Of a stretch of DNA of 64,000 nt, positions 37,256 through 45,963 are shown piece after piece. The position numbers and the translations under genes were made by a program. Where the stretch lies: NCBI GenBank assembly GCA_031550435.1, contig JAVBOO010000012.1, positions 831 through 64,830 of the forward strand, in the 5' to 3' direction. Numbering within the stretch: position 1 is the stretch's first letter; each line of letters begins with the position of its first letter. Source of the DNA: Eubacteriales bacterium (GTDB lineage: Bacteria > Bacillota > Clostridia > Lachnospirales > WRAX01). Under the pieces are notes generated by a model, which was given only the letters and a program-made list of their open reading frames with translations, was not told the origin of the DNA and ran no database searches.

Positions 37256-39520
37256 TTACGCCAATCTGAATTTATCGATAAGACCCTTAAGCTCTATCGC
37301 CCTGTTTGAAAGCTCCTCGCTCAATGCGCCTGCCTCTTGCGAAGTTGCCGAGTTTTTCTCGACTGACGAAGCCATAAGGCCAAGCTCCGAGTTCATCTTT
37401 GAAACCGACTTGGACTGTTCCTCACCCGCACGGCTTATATGTCCTACAAGTTCGGAAACCTCGCTTACATTCCTGAGTATAAGCTTCAGCGCATCCGCTG
37501 TTGCGTTGGCAATGTCCATGCCCTCCTCGACTTTCTTATTGGAAGCCTCAATCAGCTCAGTCGTATTCTTGACGGCTTCGCTCGAATGAGTGGCAAGCAT
37601 TCTGACTTCTTCCGCCACAACCTTAAAGCCCGATCCGTGCGCTCCGGCACGAGCGGCTTCTACGCTTGCGTTAAGCGCGAGTAAATTCGTCTGCGATGCT
37701 ATATCCTCTATTACCCTGATAACTTGTGATATGCTTTTCGACGCCGATTTTATGTCTTCCATCGACTGTAGCATACAAGTCATCTTCTGCGTTCCGTCCT
37801 TCGCGTTTTCTTTTGATATCTTTGAAATATCGTCGGCATTTTCCGCACTTTTACGTGTTATCTCAACTTGATTGCCGACGTTGGAACACATATCTCTAAG
37901 CGTTGAAATCGCCATATTCTGCGAGATTGCTTCCGAAGCGAGATGTTGGCCGGCGTCTGCGAGGTTTGAGGAACCCAAAGAAACCTGATCGGCCGCAACC
38001 GAAATATTCCCGACGACAGAATTCAGCCTGCCGTTTATATTATTAATAGCCTTTTTGATTCTGTCAAACTGTCCTACATATTTGACGGTTATTTCATTGC
38101 GCAGGTCGCCTTCGGCTATACCGTCGAGCGCCTCGCTTATTTCTGAAATATACCTGCCAATTTGCTCACCCATATCATTAACCGAGTCTTTTATCACCTT
38201 AAAGCTGCCTTTGTAGTCGCCTTTCATACGAGACGAAAAATCCCCAAAAGACAGCGTTTGCAGTACCGTTTCAGCTTCGTTGATAGGGGTTACGACCGAA
38301 AGCAGCAATGTGTTAATCAGTTCGGCAAGCTTGAGCCAATCTCCCGAAAAAGACTTGGTATTTATCGAGGAATTAAGTTCGCCTTCCGAAGCGGACTTTG
38401 CGACATCAGCAATCGCGCGGCTGACATTTTTCAGGTTTGATCTGAGCGTTTCCGCCTGCGTGTTCATAAGCGCTTTCTTGCCCGGGAAAACCCTAAGCTC
38501 GGCATCAAAGTTACCGTTTCCGAACTCCGCCATAAGATTCATAAAATCTTCGGAGTCCGTATTGTTCTGCTTTATCATATTGTTAATGCCTTGGGCGAGA
38601 GTTCTGTATGCGCCTTCAAACCGTTCGGCATCTATCACACAATCAATTTCTCCGTTTTTTTGTTTGTCGGCTGTTTTGTTTATCGATGTGACAAGCTCTT
38701 CGACAATGTCAGACACATTGGCAAAGTTATTTGCCAAAACTCCGATCTCGTCTGTCCTGTTCGTTCTTTTCATCCCGCCCAGAGCGCCCTTCGACATCCT
38801 CACCGACTCAAGTGTTACCTTTTTCATTAAATCTGTAAACGACAGCTTAATATAGAGCGCGACTGCGGCTGAAAACAACACTGTCGCAATGATAGCGAAC
38901 ACTACAAGCGTCAGAGTGAAATTGCTTACCTGCTTCAAAACTTCGTTCGCGCTTATGTCTGCGCCGACTACGGCCAGCACAGTGCCCGATGCATCCTTAA
39001 TGAGCGAAAAACCTGATACGAGGAACCCGTATTCGGGGCCGGAATCATATATATCTGTTGTACGGCCGTTGCCGTCGGCTAAAGCTTCAAACATTGCGGA
39101 GTCGAAAACCGGCCGCCCGTCGTCGCTGTAAATATTCTCCTGGGCTCTGTAAACTGCTCCGGGTTCCCCCTGCCTTCTCGCCTCGCCGAAGTATGTAACT
39201 ATGTCGTTGTCAACCCGCTTATCGGCAACATACAAATATGCTATATCGGTAGCGGTTATGGTTCTGTTAAGCATTTCGCAATACTCAAGCCAATCTTCGC
39301 CCCCGTATCCGTTACTCATAATTTGTTTATATTTCTCGGGATCAATGGCAGATGCAACGGAATCGGAAATTCCTTTTGCCTCGTTGGACTTTTGCTCAAT
39401 GATTCTGTTTCTGAACGTGAAGTAGCTAAAAACCGTTAGAGAACCTGCGGTCACAAGTATTATTGCCATGATCAATAATGTAAGCCTGATACCGATAGAT
39501 TTTTTAATGAAATTCAACAT
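37256..39520 (-). CDS. methyl-accepting chemotaxis protein with extended multi-HAMP region
   Basis: 754 aa. N-terminal TM, periplasmic domain, second TM, repeated HAMP-like segments, and a C-terminal MCP signalling domain (IASQTNLLALNASVEAARAG). Confidence 0.85.
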   Translation of the reverse strand: MLNFIKKSIGIRLTLLIMAIILVTAGSLTVFSYFTFRNRIIEQKSNEAKGISDSVASAIDPEKYKQIMSNGYGGEDWLEYCEMLNRTITATDIAYLYVADKRVDNDIVTYFGEARRQGEPGAVYRAQENIYSDDGRPVFDSAMFEALADGNGRTTDIYDSGPEYGFLVSGFSLIKDASGTVLAVVGADISANEVLKQVSNFTLTLVVFAIIATVLFSAAVALYIKLSFTDLMKKVTLESVRMSKGALGGMKRTNRTDEIGVLANNFANVSDIVEELVTSINKTADKQKNGEIDCVIDAERFEGAYRTLAQGINNMIKQNNTDSEDFMNLMAEFGNGNFDAELRVFPGKKALMNTQAETLRSNLKNVSRAIADVAKSASEGELNSSINTKSFSGDWLKLAELINTLLLSVVTPINEAETVLQTLSFGDFSSRMKGDYKGSFKVIKDSVNDMGEQIGRYISEISEALDGIAEGDLRNEITVKYVGQFDRIKKAINNINGRLNSVVGNISVAADQVSLGSSNLADAGQHLASEAISQNMAISTLRDMCSNVGNQVEITRKSAENADDISKISKENAKDGTQKMTCMLQSMEDIKSASKSISQVIRVIEDIASQTNLLALNASVEAARAGAHGSGFKVVAEEVRMLATHSSEAVKNTTELIEASNKKVEEGMDIANATADALKLILRNVSEVSELVGHISRAGEEQSKSVSKMNSELGLMASSVEKNSATSQEAGALSEELSNRAIELKGLIDKFRLA

Positions 39521-39600
39521 TCTAAACTCCCCTGATAAGTACTTTTTAGCTGTAAAGAAGTGTGTGTTATCTGCACCGGGTTAACCCTGAGTTACATATC

Positions 39601-39672
39601 GGGCATGTTGAAAAATTGCCTTGCAGCTTTCCCTTGAAAATGAAAAATCACCATTTTCCAAGGAAGAGCGCC
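39601..39672 (-). repeat. family B copy B3 (right half only, 72 bp)
   Basis: GGGCATGTTGAAAAATTGCCTTGCAGCTTTCCCTTGAAAATG..CCATTTTCCAAGGAAGAGCGCC is the reverse complement of the B right half, including the inner hairpin. Confidence 0.6.
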
Positions 39673-39748
39673 TGATACAACTTTTCCGGCTTGTGACCGT
39701 ATATTTCTTAACCATAATGAAATATAATGGTATTGATGCGGCAATTAA

Positions 39749-39840
39749 GTAAACGCTGACTAATTGACTTTGGACGGATGCACGGCTGATTTAATCCGCG
39801 CTTCCTCGTCCGAAACATCCGCTGCTCAAGCAAGCCGCTT
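39749..39840 (+). repeat. interspersed repeat family D, copy D4
   Basis: GTAAACGCTGACTAATTGACTTTGGACGGATGCACGGCTGATTTAATCCGCGCTTCCTCGTCCGAAACATCCGCTGC. Confidence 0.6.
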
Positions 39841-39866
39841 ACAAAAAACTTGTGCGAAACAGCCTG

Positions 39867-39915
39867 ATATTACCGCAAGTAAATCATCGTTTTAAACCGT
39901 AAATGATTTACTTGG
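39867..39915 (+). repeat. family C-like hairpin module C7
   Basis: ATATTACCGCAAGTAAATCATCGTTTTAAACCGTAAATGATTTACTTGG has the same leader (ATATTACCGC) and hairpin architecture as the C 5' module. Confidence 0.45.
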
Positions 39916-40066
39916 ATTTATCCAAAGCAAATGTTATAATGTTTTTATCCGATGGGTGTCGCGGCAGTTAAGGCTTTCGCCGGATTTGATGCCGAAGTCC
40001 CCGTTTGGCCTATACAATCGGAGAATCAGTACCATACTTTTATTTTTTCGGCATATTCGCTGAATT

Positions 40067-40150
40067 GTTTATGCAGTTTATACATTTTTTTCCTGTTTAT
40101 ACCGTTTATACAGTTATAATAATCGGATGCGCGTATACAACATATAAACA
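40067..40150 (+). promoter_or_regulatory. array of GTTTAT(A/G)C direct repeats overlapping the promoter region of the AI-2E transporter gene
   Basis: GTTTATGC 40067, GTTTATAC 40076, 40095 and 40104, GTTATAAT 40113 (9-bp spacing within groups; doubles as a -10 TATAAT). An inverted TATAAAC lies at 40143. Confidence 0.4.
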
Positions 40151-40161
40151 CAATAGGAGAT

Positions 40162-41460
40162 ATGATGAAACTTCCTTGGGACAATAAGTACCTCAAAATC
40201 TGCTTTCACGTTATTTTTACAGTCGTCGTTGCCTATGTGCTGATACTGTTGGTTAACTCGGCTGCCTTTGCGGTTACAAACCTGGGTTCAATGGTCGATG
40301 GCCTGAAATCCGCACTAAGCCTTGTTTCCTCGGCCTTTTCGGTACTGATTATCTCTTTTGTCATTGCGTACCTGCTGAATCCGCTCGTAGGTTTTTGCCA
40401 AAAGAAGTATGACAATCTGATAAAAACGAAGTTCAGTAACTTCATGGCAGAAAAATTCAGCCATATTAAGTTTTTTTCGAAAAACGTCCGGATCGTCAAA
40501 CCCGAACCGAAGTTTAAAAAGCGCACGGCCGGCGCTTTGCTTGCCTATCTCATAATGTTTGCCGTGATAATTTTGCTCGGTTTCGCTCTGTATATTCAGG
40601 TTCACGGAATGAGCCGGAAACTCGGAGCCGGCGAAGATTTCGTGCAGGGAATAAAGACCGGAGTAGACAAGATACAAAACGATTTAAACGACCTTTTGAC
40701 AAATCTGAGGGTTATGCTCGAAGATTGGGGCGTTTCAAGCGATTTCCAAGATATAGTTTCAAATTTTATCGATTCGATTAAAAACTTTATCGGTGAGCTT
40801 TCGACAAAGCTTCTGCCCGCAATAACGTCTACGGGCGGTAAGATACTTAACTTTTTCATGGCGCTTGTAATCGCGTTTTACTTCCTCAGGGACAAGGATT
40901 ATATAAAGCATAAGTCAACCGAGCTGCTTTCCCTGTTTACGCCTGAAAGACTAAAAAACCGCATAATGATTATATTGTCGGATATCAATTCCGTTTTTTC
41001 GGGTTATGTAATCGGCCAGATTACTGACGCGCTCATTATGGCGGTGCTTTTAAGCGTAACGCTTTCAATAGTCGGCATTGATCTTGCGGTCGTAATAGGA
41101 GTTTTTTCAGGCTTTTCAAATATCGTTCCGTATTTCGGCGCGATTATAGGTTTTATACTTTCTGTCTCTGTCGCCCTCATATCGGGTGATGTTTCGAAAG
41201 CAATTTATGCCGGCGTAGCCGTTATGGTACTGCAACAAATCGACGGCATGTTTATAGTTCCGAAAGTTGTCGGCAAAAAAGTGGAGCTAGGCCCCGCGAT
41301 GGTGTTGCTGTCCCTCTCTGTCGGCGGTTCGCTTTTCGGATTTGCCGGTATGCTGTTTGCGGTACCTGTCTGCGCGATAATAAAGCTGTTTTTCTCTAAG
41401 CTCATCGAACGCCAAAGAGAGAGAAAAGCCGCCGAGGTTCTTGACACCTCTGATATGTAA
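40162..41460 (+). CDS. AI-2E family transporter (PerM/YtvI-like)
   Basis: 432 aa polytopic membrane protein with the AI-2E C-terminal motif (VPYFGAIIGF..LQQIDGMFIVPKVVG). Confidence 0.8.
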   Translation: MMKLPWDNKYLKICFHVIFTVVVAYVLILLVNSAAFAVTNLGSMVDGLKSALSLVSSAFSVLIISFVIAYLLNPLVGFCQKKYDNLIKTKFSNFMAEKFSHIKFFSKNVRIVKPEPKFKKRTAGALLAYLIMFAVIILLGFALYIQVHGMSRKLGAGEDFVQGIKTGVDKIQNDLNDLLTNLRVMLEDWGVSSDFQDIVSNFIDSIKNFIGELSTKLLPAITSTGGKILNFFMALVIAFYFLRDKDYIKHKSTELLSLFTPERLKNRIMIILSDINSVFSGYVIGQITDALIMAVLLSVTLSIVGIDLAVVIGVFSGFSNIVPYFGAIIGFILSVSVALISGDVSKAIYAGVAVMVLQQIDGMFIVPKVVGKKVELGPAMVLLSLSVGGSLFGFAGMLFAVPVCAIIKLFFSKLIERQRERKAAEVLDTSDM

Positions 41461-41524
41461 ATAAACTTATGTGAGTTAGACTTACCGCGCTGCCAAACAG
41501 TTTGACAAACGTTTTAGCGGCGCC

Positions 41525-41585
41525 GCCCGTTTGAGCCCTTGTGGTTCGTTAAAAGCGGGTGATTAAATCGTTCGCGGTTTAATCG
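41525..41585 (+). repeat. interspersed repeat family A, partial copy A6 (middle and right hairpins)
   Basis: CCCGTTT (41526-41532)..AAAAGCGGG (41551-41559), then GATTAAATC-GTTCGC-GGTTTAATC. Confidence 0.5.
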
Positions 41586-41655
41586 GAAGATTAATAATGT
41601 AAGAACTCTATGCAACAACAAAACCGTAAAGTATAATTTTTCAAGGAGTGATAAC

Positions 41656-42237
41656 ATGGCATTTTTAGACAACATTAAGAAAATCGCTAAAGACACTGCC
41701 GATAAAGCCGGCGACATGATGGAAGTAAACAAGCTCAACTCAAGGATCAACACTCTGAACAACATCGTTAACGAAAACAAGCTGAAAATCGGTAACTACT
41801 ACTTTCAGCAACTTTTGATCGATAACAACCCACCGTCAGACATAGCTGATTTCTTTGCGGCAATCAATACTTCTCTTGAAGAAATCGCTTCTGTTCAAGC
41901 AGAGATACAAACGATAAAGAGCAAAGAGGCCGCTGCCCAAAACGCTCAGCCGGCACAGCCTGCGGCCGGAATCGTCTGCTCGAGCTGCGGAGCCGCTAAC
42001 CCCGAGGGTTCTCGCTTCTGTAAAGGCTGCGGAGGAAAGATAGAGGCTCCTCATGGCATAACCTGCGGCAACTGCGGAAGCGTTAACGCTGCAGACACAA
42101 AATTCTGCAAAGACTGCGGAACCCCCGTCGTCGCACCGGCACCCGCGCCCGTTCAAACGAGCTGCCCGTCTTGCGGCGCAGAACTTACGCCGGGAACAAA
42201 ATTTTGTGCTTCATGCGGAACAAAAGTCGGAGCATAA
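41656..42237 (+). CDS. zinc-ribbon domain protein with N-terminal coiled coil
   Basis: 193 aa with three CxxC..CxxC ribbons (CSSCGA..CKGCG, CGNCGS..CKDCG, CPSCGA..CASCG). RBS AAGGAG. Confidence 0.65.
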   Translation: MAFLDNIKKIAKDTADKAGDMMEVNKLNSRINTLNNIVNENKLKIGNYYFQQLLIDNNPPSDIADFFAAINTSLEEIASVQAEIQTIKSKEAAAQNAQPAQPAAGIVCSSCGAANPEGSRFCKGCGGKIEAPHGITCGNCGSVNAADTKFCKDCGTPVVAPAPAPVQTSCPSCGAELTPGTKFCASCGTKVGA

Positions 42238-42331
42238 TTACACGGCATTTACTTATCCCTGCGGAAATTTACGCTCGGCCGCAGGCGAAAATATCAACAA
42301 TACCGCTACGCGGTTCTTATACGCGCTATAA

Positions 42332-42368
42332 AGGGGCTGCCCTAAGCTTTAGGGCAACCTCTTTGATT
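42332..42368 (+). terminator. probable terminator after the zinc-ribbon gene
   Basis: AGGGGCTGCCCTAA-GC-TTAGGGCAACCTCT forms a 14-bp stem with one mismatch, followed by TTGATTTA. Confidence 0.5.
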
Positions 42369-42411
42369 TATCCCGCTATTGTTTGCCGCATGAAATGCTT
42401 ACGCAGTACTT

Positions 42412-42462
42412 GGGCAGGCCGAAAAATTGCTTGAGGGTTTCATGTGCCATTTTCAACACTTC
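42412..42462 (-). repeat. family B copy B5 (internally deleted, both termini retained, 51 bp)
   Basis: GGGCAGGCCGAAAAATTGCTTGAGGGTTTCATGTGCCATTTTCAACACTTC carries both B termini without the inner hairpin. It is preceded by the C-like fragment GCTTACGCAGTACTTGGG. Confidence 0.5.
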
Positions 42463-42473
42463 TGCTCATGAAT

Positions 42474-43061
42474 TTATGACCCGAAGTCCTCAAGCGCTTT
42501 TATGAGTCTCTCGTTCCCTTGAATGTGTATACCTTGCTCCAAACGCTGCCGATCCTCACCGGTCAAAGCGTTTACCGGCGTTGATGTTATTTCTTTCAGG
42601 TTTGTTCCGTTTATTTCATCCTCGTAAAAAACAGCGACATAACCCTCGTGTATGCCGAGTACGTAGTGCTGGCTGCTGTCGCCTTCAACGGATTTTCTTA
42701 ATATAACCTTGTCTTCGCTGAAGTTAAGCACTTCCCAGTCGACAAATGTTTCCTCGAAATAGGTCCTGGATTTGTCAAGCAAGAAATAAGGCGGTTTTTC
42801 CTCTGTTATCTCGCTTATTCCGTCGCCCTTGTAATAATATTCGTAAACAATTGTCGTAGACTCTTTGACGAGCACCGGGGCTTCACCCGATTCGTCAATG
42901 TTTGCTGCCGCGGGGATGATAACATCGCTTAGTAGCACCTCCGCCGCCAATGCCTCGTTCGGAGTTTCGGCTCCACGGTCATCAAATATAAGCATTGACA
43001 CAAAGAACAGAAGCGTGAACACCATGGCAACTATATATAAATACAAAAATATCCTTCTCAT
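42474..43061 (-). CDS. membrane-anchored protein with BofC-like C-terminal domain (sporulation)
   Basis: 195 aa from the ATG at 43061 (GGAGG RBS), one N-terminal TM segment. The C-terminus VILRKSVEGDS..LGIHEGYVAVFYED..LEQGIHIQGNERLIKALEDF parallels B. subtilis BofC as I recall it. Confidence 0.5.
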   Translation of the reverse strand: MRRIFLYLYIVAMVFTLLFFVSMLIFDDRGAETPNEALAAEVLLSDVIIPAAANIDESGEAPVLVKESTTIVYEYYYKGDGISEITEEKPPYFLLDKSRTYFEETFVDWEVLNFSEDKVILRKSVEGDSSQHYVLGIHEGYVAVFYEDEINGTNLKEITSTPVNALTGEDRQRLEQGIHIQGNERLIKALEDFGS

Positions 43062-43222
43062 ATACCCTCCGCCTCGCTTAAATAACAAAAAATTCAGTTC
43101 ATTCCGCGTTTTATTACTGCGGTAGCAAAATATAGTCGTTTAAGTCAAAAACAGTCTTTAACGACACCGACGGCCACTGTTCAAAAAGATTATTGACATT
43201 TTGGCAATATTTATACATATCC

Positions 43223-43310
43223 GTAATATTACCGCGGTTGCTCGTGCCGAGCAGGACGCGATTATGCACCTTAACGGGGGAATAACAAATATGCGTTTTA
43301 CTATACATTC
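43223..43310 (+). repeat. interspersed repeat family C, copy C4 (first hairpin deleted; interrupted at 3' side)
   Basis: GTAATATTACCGCGGTTGCTCGTGCCGAGCAGGACGCG...GGAATAACAAATATGCGTTTTACTATACATTC. The 3' hairpin module reappears at 43405-43446, after about 90 nt of unrelated sequence that contains its own 12-bp hairpin. Confidence 0.55.
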
Positions 43311-43404
43311 TTTTAAGAAAATATCAGTCTTAAACGACTGTAGGACGTCGGGCGTTGAATTCAAAACCGCTCAAGCTTCGCTTGGACGGTTTTGAATTTA
43401 ACTG

Positions 43405-43446
43405 ACTATATTTTGTTACCGAAGTAATATCAGGCAACAAAATATA
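43405..43446 (+). repeat. family C 3' hairpin module (belongs with C4)
   Basis: CTATATTTTGTTACCGAAGTAATATCAGGCAACAAAATATAG, with arms CTATATTTTGTT and CAACAAAATATAG. Confidence 0.5.
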
Positions 43447-43590
43447 GTAATTTCTTATTCGATATGGTAAGATTTACTGAGAAGGACGGCCTGTACTTTT
43501 GTACTGCCGGCCAAATATACTTGATTCGCCGTTTTCTGTAGTGTCGGTGTTTGCCGGCTGTGTCACAATTCCATGTAGGGGAGTGCTCAT

Positions 43591-45813
43591 ATGATTTCGA
43601 CGGTAAGCTTATTGCTTTTAAATGAAATAATTGAGGCTAAACACGGAAATCCACACACTGTTCTCGGTCTGCACGAAATCGAGAACTCTGACGGGAATGC
43701 TGTATTGTCCGCGAGGGTCTTTGCTCCCAACACAAAGAAAGTATGGGTAGTAGACGACGGCTGCGACGACTATGCAGTTGAGCTTGAGAATATCCATACA
43801 GACGGTTTTTTCGAAAAATCCTTGGACAGGACGTCATGGTTCAGGTACCGGCTAAGATTTGAAGATTACGAAGGCAATGTTTGGGAGAATTATGACCCCT
43901 ATTCGTTTCCTCCGGTACTCAGCGAGCTTGACCTTCATCTTTTCGGTGAAGGAACTCATTATAAGCTGTACGAAAAACTCGGAGCGCACCCTATGACTAT
44001 CGATGGGGCAGAAGGCGTACTGTTTGCCGTTTGGGCTCCGAACGCCCGCAGGGTAAGCGTCGTCGGCAGCTTCAACAACTGGGACGGCAGGCGGCACCCT
44101 ATGAGGGTGCTTTCGAACTCAGGAATCTGGGAGATTTTCATTCCCGGGCTAAAGAATTTTGACAGATATAAGTACGAGATTTATACGCTCACAAAACAGC
44201 TTTTGCAAAAGTCCGACCCCTATGCAGTTTTCTCGGAACTTCGGCCGAGCACGTCATCCCTGGTGTTTGACATAAGCGGTTATGAATGGGGCGACGATAA
44301 ATGGATTAAGAATACCCAAAAGAAAGACATAGACCGAAGCCCCGTAAACATATATGAGCTTCACCTCGGCTCATGGAAAACCGTTGCAAGCGACGGCAAC
44401 CGGTTTATGAGCTATGTCGAACTTGCCGACGAACTGATACCCTATGTCAAAGATATGGGTTACACTCATATCGAGCTGATGCCCGTTATGGAACACCCTT
44501 ATGACGGTTCCTGGGGCTATCAGGTAACCGGATACTACTCTCCGACGAGCAGATACGGAACCCCCGCCGAGTTTATGCGCTTTATAGACCTGTGCCACCG
44601 GAACAATATCGGCGTCATACTCGACTGGGTTCCGGCACATTTTCCAAAGGATGCTCACGGGCTCGCAAGGTTTGACGGAACGGCTCTTTACGAGCATGAA
44701 AACGTTATGCAGGGAGAGCATCCCGACTGGGGGACGCTTATTTTCAACTTCGGCAGGAAAGAGGTCAAAAACTTTCTTATAGCAAACGCCCTATACTGGC
44801 TAGATGTGTTCCATATCGACGGGCTGAGGGTTGACGCTGTTGCTTCAATGATATATCTTGATTACGGAAAATCGTCCGGTAACTGGATACCGAATAAATA
44901 CGGCGGCAGGGAAAATATCGAGGCCATCGAGTTCATCAAGCATATGAACTCGGTTATAAACGGAGCTTTCCCCAAAGCGCTGATGTTCGCCGAGGAATCG
45001 ACTTCATGGGAAGGCGTTACAAGGGGCGTTGACAGAAACGGCCTCGGCTTCTCGATGAAATGGAATATGGGTTGGATGAACGATTTCCTGAATTATATGT
45101 CAAAAGAGCCTATACACAGGAAATATCACCATAACAATCTAAATTTCGGCATGGTATACGCATACTCGGAAAAGTTTGTGCTTGTTCTCTCGCACGACGA
45201 GGTTGTACACGGAAAGAAGTCGCTCATAAACAAGATGGGCGGAGATATATGGCAAAAATGCGCAAACCTCAGAGTGAGCCTCGCGTTTTTCATGGGACAC
45301 CCGGGAAAGAAACTGCTGTTTATGGGCGGAGAGTTCGGACACTTTGAGGAATGGACAGAAAAGCACTGCCTCGACTGGTTCCTCCTTGACATCCCGCACC
45401 ACGCCGCTATCCACCGCTATACAAAAGCTCTCAACAAGCTGTATCTGAACGAGCGGGCATTTTGGTACGATGATTTTTACGGACACGGTTTTGAATGGCT
45501 CGACTGCAACGACAGCGAGCGCAGTATAATCTCTTTTGTCAGAAAAACCGAAAAAGACAGTGACAAACTGATAATTATTTGCAACTTTACACCCGCGACC
45601 TATGAAAACTTTCGAATCGGCGTCGATAAAGACATCAGCTACATAGAGGTGTTTAACTCCGATGCTTCCGAATTCGGCGGTAGCGGTGTCGTAAACGAGC
45701 TTTTGATATCGGCGGAAGCACGGGAGTATAACGGAAAACCATATTCTGTTGTGCTGAGACTTCCTCCCCTCGGAGCTGTCATAATCAAAGAGTATAAAGC
45801 AAGTGCCGATTAA
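43591..45813 (+). CDS. glgB: 1,4-alpha-glucan branching enzyme
   Basis: 740 aa, GH13. HIELMPVMEHP..GSWGYQ, DGLRVDAV, FAEESTSW, VLSHDEV. The last codon and stop lie inside repeat A4. Confidence 0.9.
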   Translation: MISTVSLLLLNEIIEAKHGNPHTVLGLHEIENSDGNAVLSARVFAPNTKKVWVVDDGCDDYAVELENIHTDGFFEKSLDRTSWFRYRLRFEDYEGNVWENYDPYSFPPVLSELDLHLFGEGTHYKLYEKLGAHPMTIDGAEGVLFAVWAPNARRVSVVGSFNNWDGRRHPMRVLSNSGIWEIFIPGLKNFDRYKYEIYTLTKQLLQKSDPYAVFSELRPSTSSLVFDISGYEWGDDKWIKNTQKKDIDRSPVNIYELHLGSWKTVASDGNRFMSYVELADELIPYVKDMGYTHIELMPVMEHPYDGSWGYQVTGYYSPTSRYGTPAEFMRFIDLCHRNNIGVILDWVPAHFPKDAHGLARFDGTALYEHENVMQGEHPDWGTLIFNFGRKEVKNFLIANALYWLDVFHIDGLRVDAVASMIYLDYGKSSGNWIPNKYGGRENIEAIEFIKHMNSVINGAFPKALMFAEESTSWEGVTRGVDRNGLGFSMKWNMGWMNDFLNYMSKEPIHRKYHHNNLNFGMVYAYSEKFVLVLSHDEVVHGKKSLINKMGGDIWQKCANLRVSLAFFMGHPGKKLLFMGGEFGHFEEWTEKHCLDWFLLDIPHHAAIHRYTKALNKLYLNERAFWYDDFYGHGFEWLDCNDSERSIISFVRKTEKDSDKLIIICNFTPATYENFRIGVDKDISYIEVFNSDASEFGGSGVVNELLISAEAREYNGKPYSVVLRLPPLGAVIIKEYKASAD

Positions 45814-45900
45814 ACCGTGAGGTTTAATCACCCCTTCATCGGCCCCGCGGGTCAAAGAGGGATTGAGGCGACAAGTTTGGCGAATGGTTTAATTGTCGCC
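45808..45900 (-). repeat. interspersed repeat family A, copy A4 (inverted orientation)
   Basis: GATTAAACCGTGAGGTTTAATCACCCCTTCATCGGCCCCGCGGGTCAAAGAGGGATTGAGGCGACAAGTTTGGCGAATGGTTTAATTGTCGCC is the reverse complement of the A consensus. It is followed by the C-like GAAGTAAT. Confidence 0.7.
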
Positions 45901-45963
45901 GAAGTAATACGGTACAAATAATCAGTACCTACTAAAATTTCCAACTCATACGGAGGTGTTTCC

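Noticed and set aside
43352-43396. 12-bp perfect hairpin GAATTCAAAACCG..CGGTTTTGAATT considered as a terminator.
   Set aside because: It lies between divergently transcribed genes (BofC-like on the minus strand, glgB on the plus strand), so there is nothing to terminate. It has no convincing T-run and sits inside an interrupted family C copy, so it is reported as part of the repeat mosaic instead.
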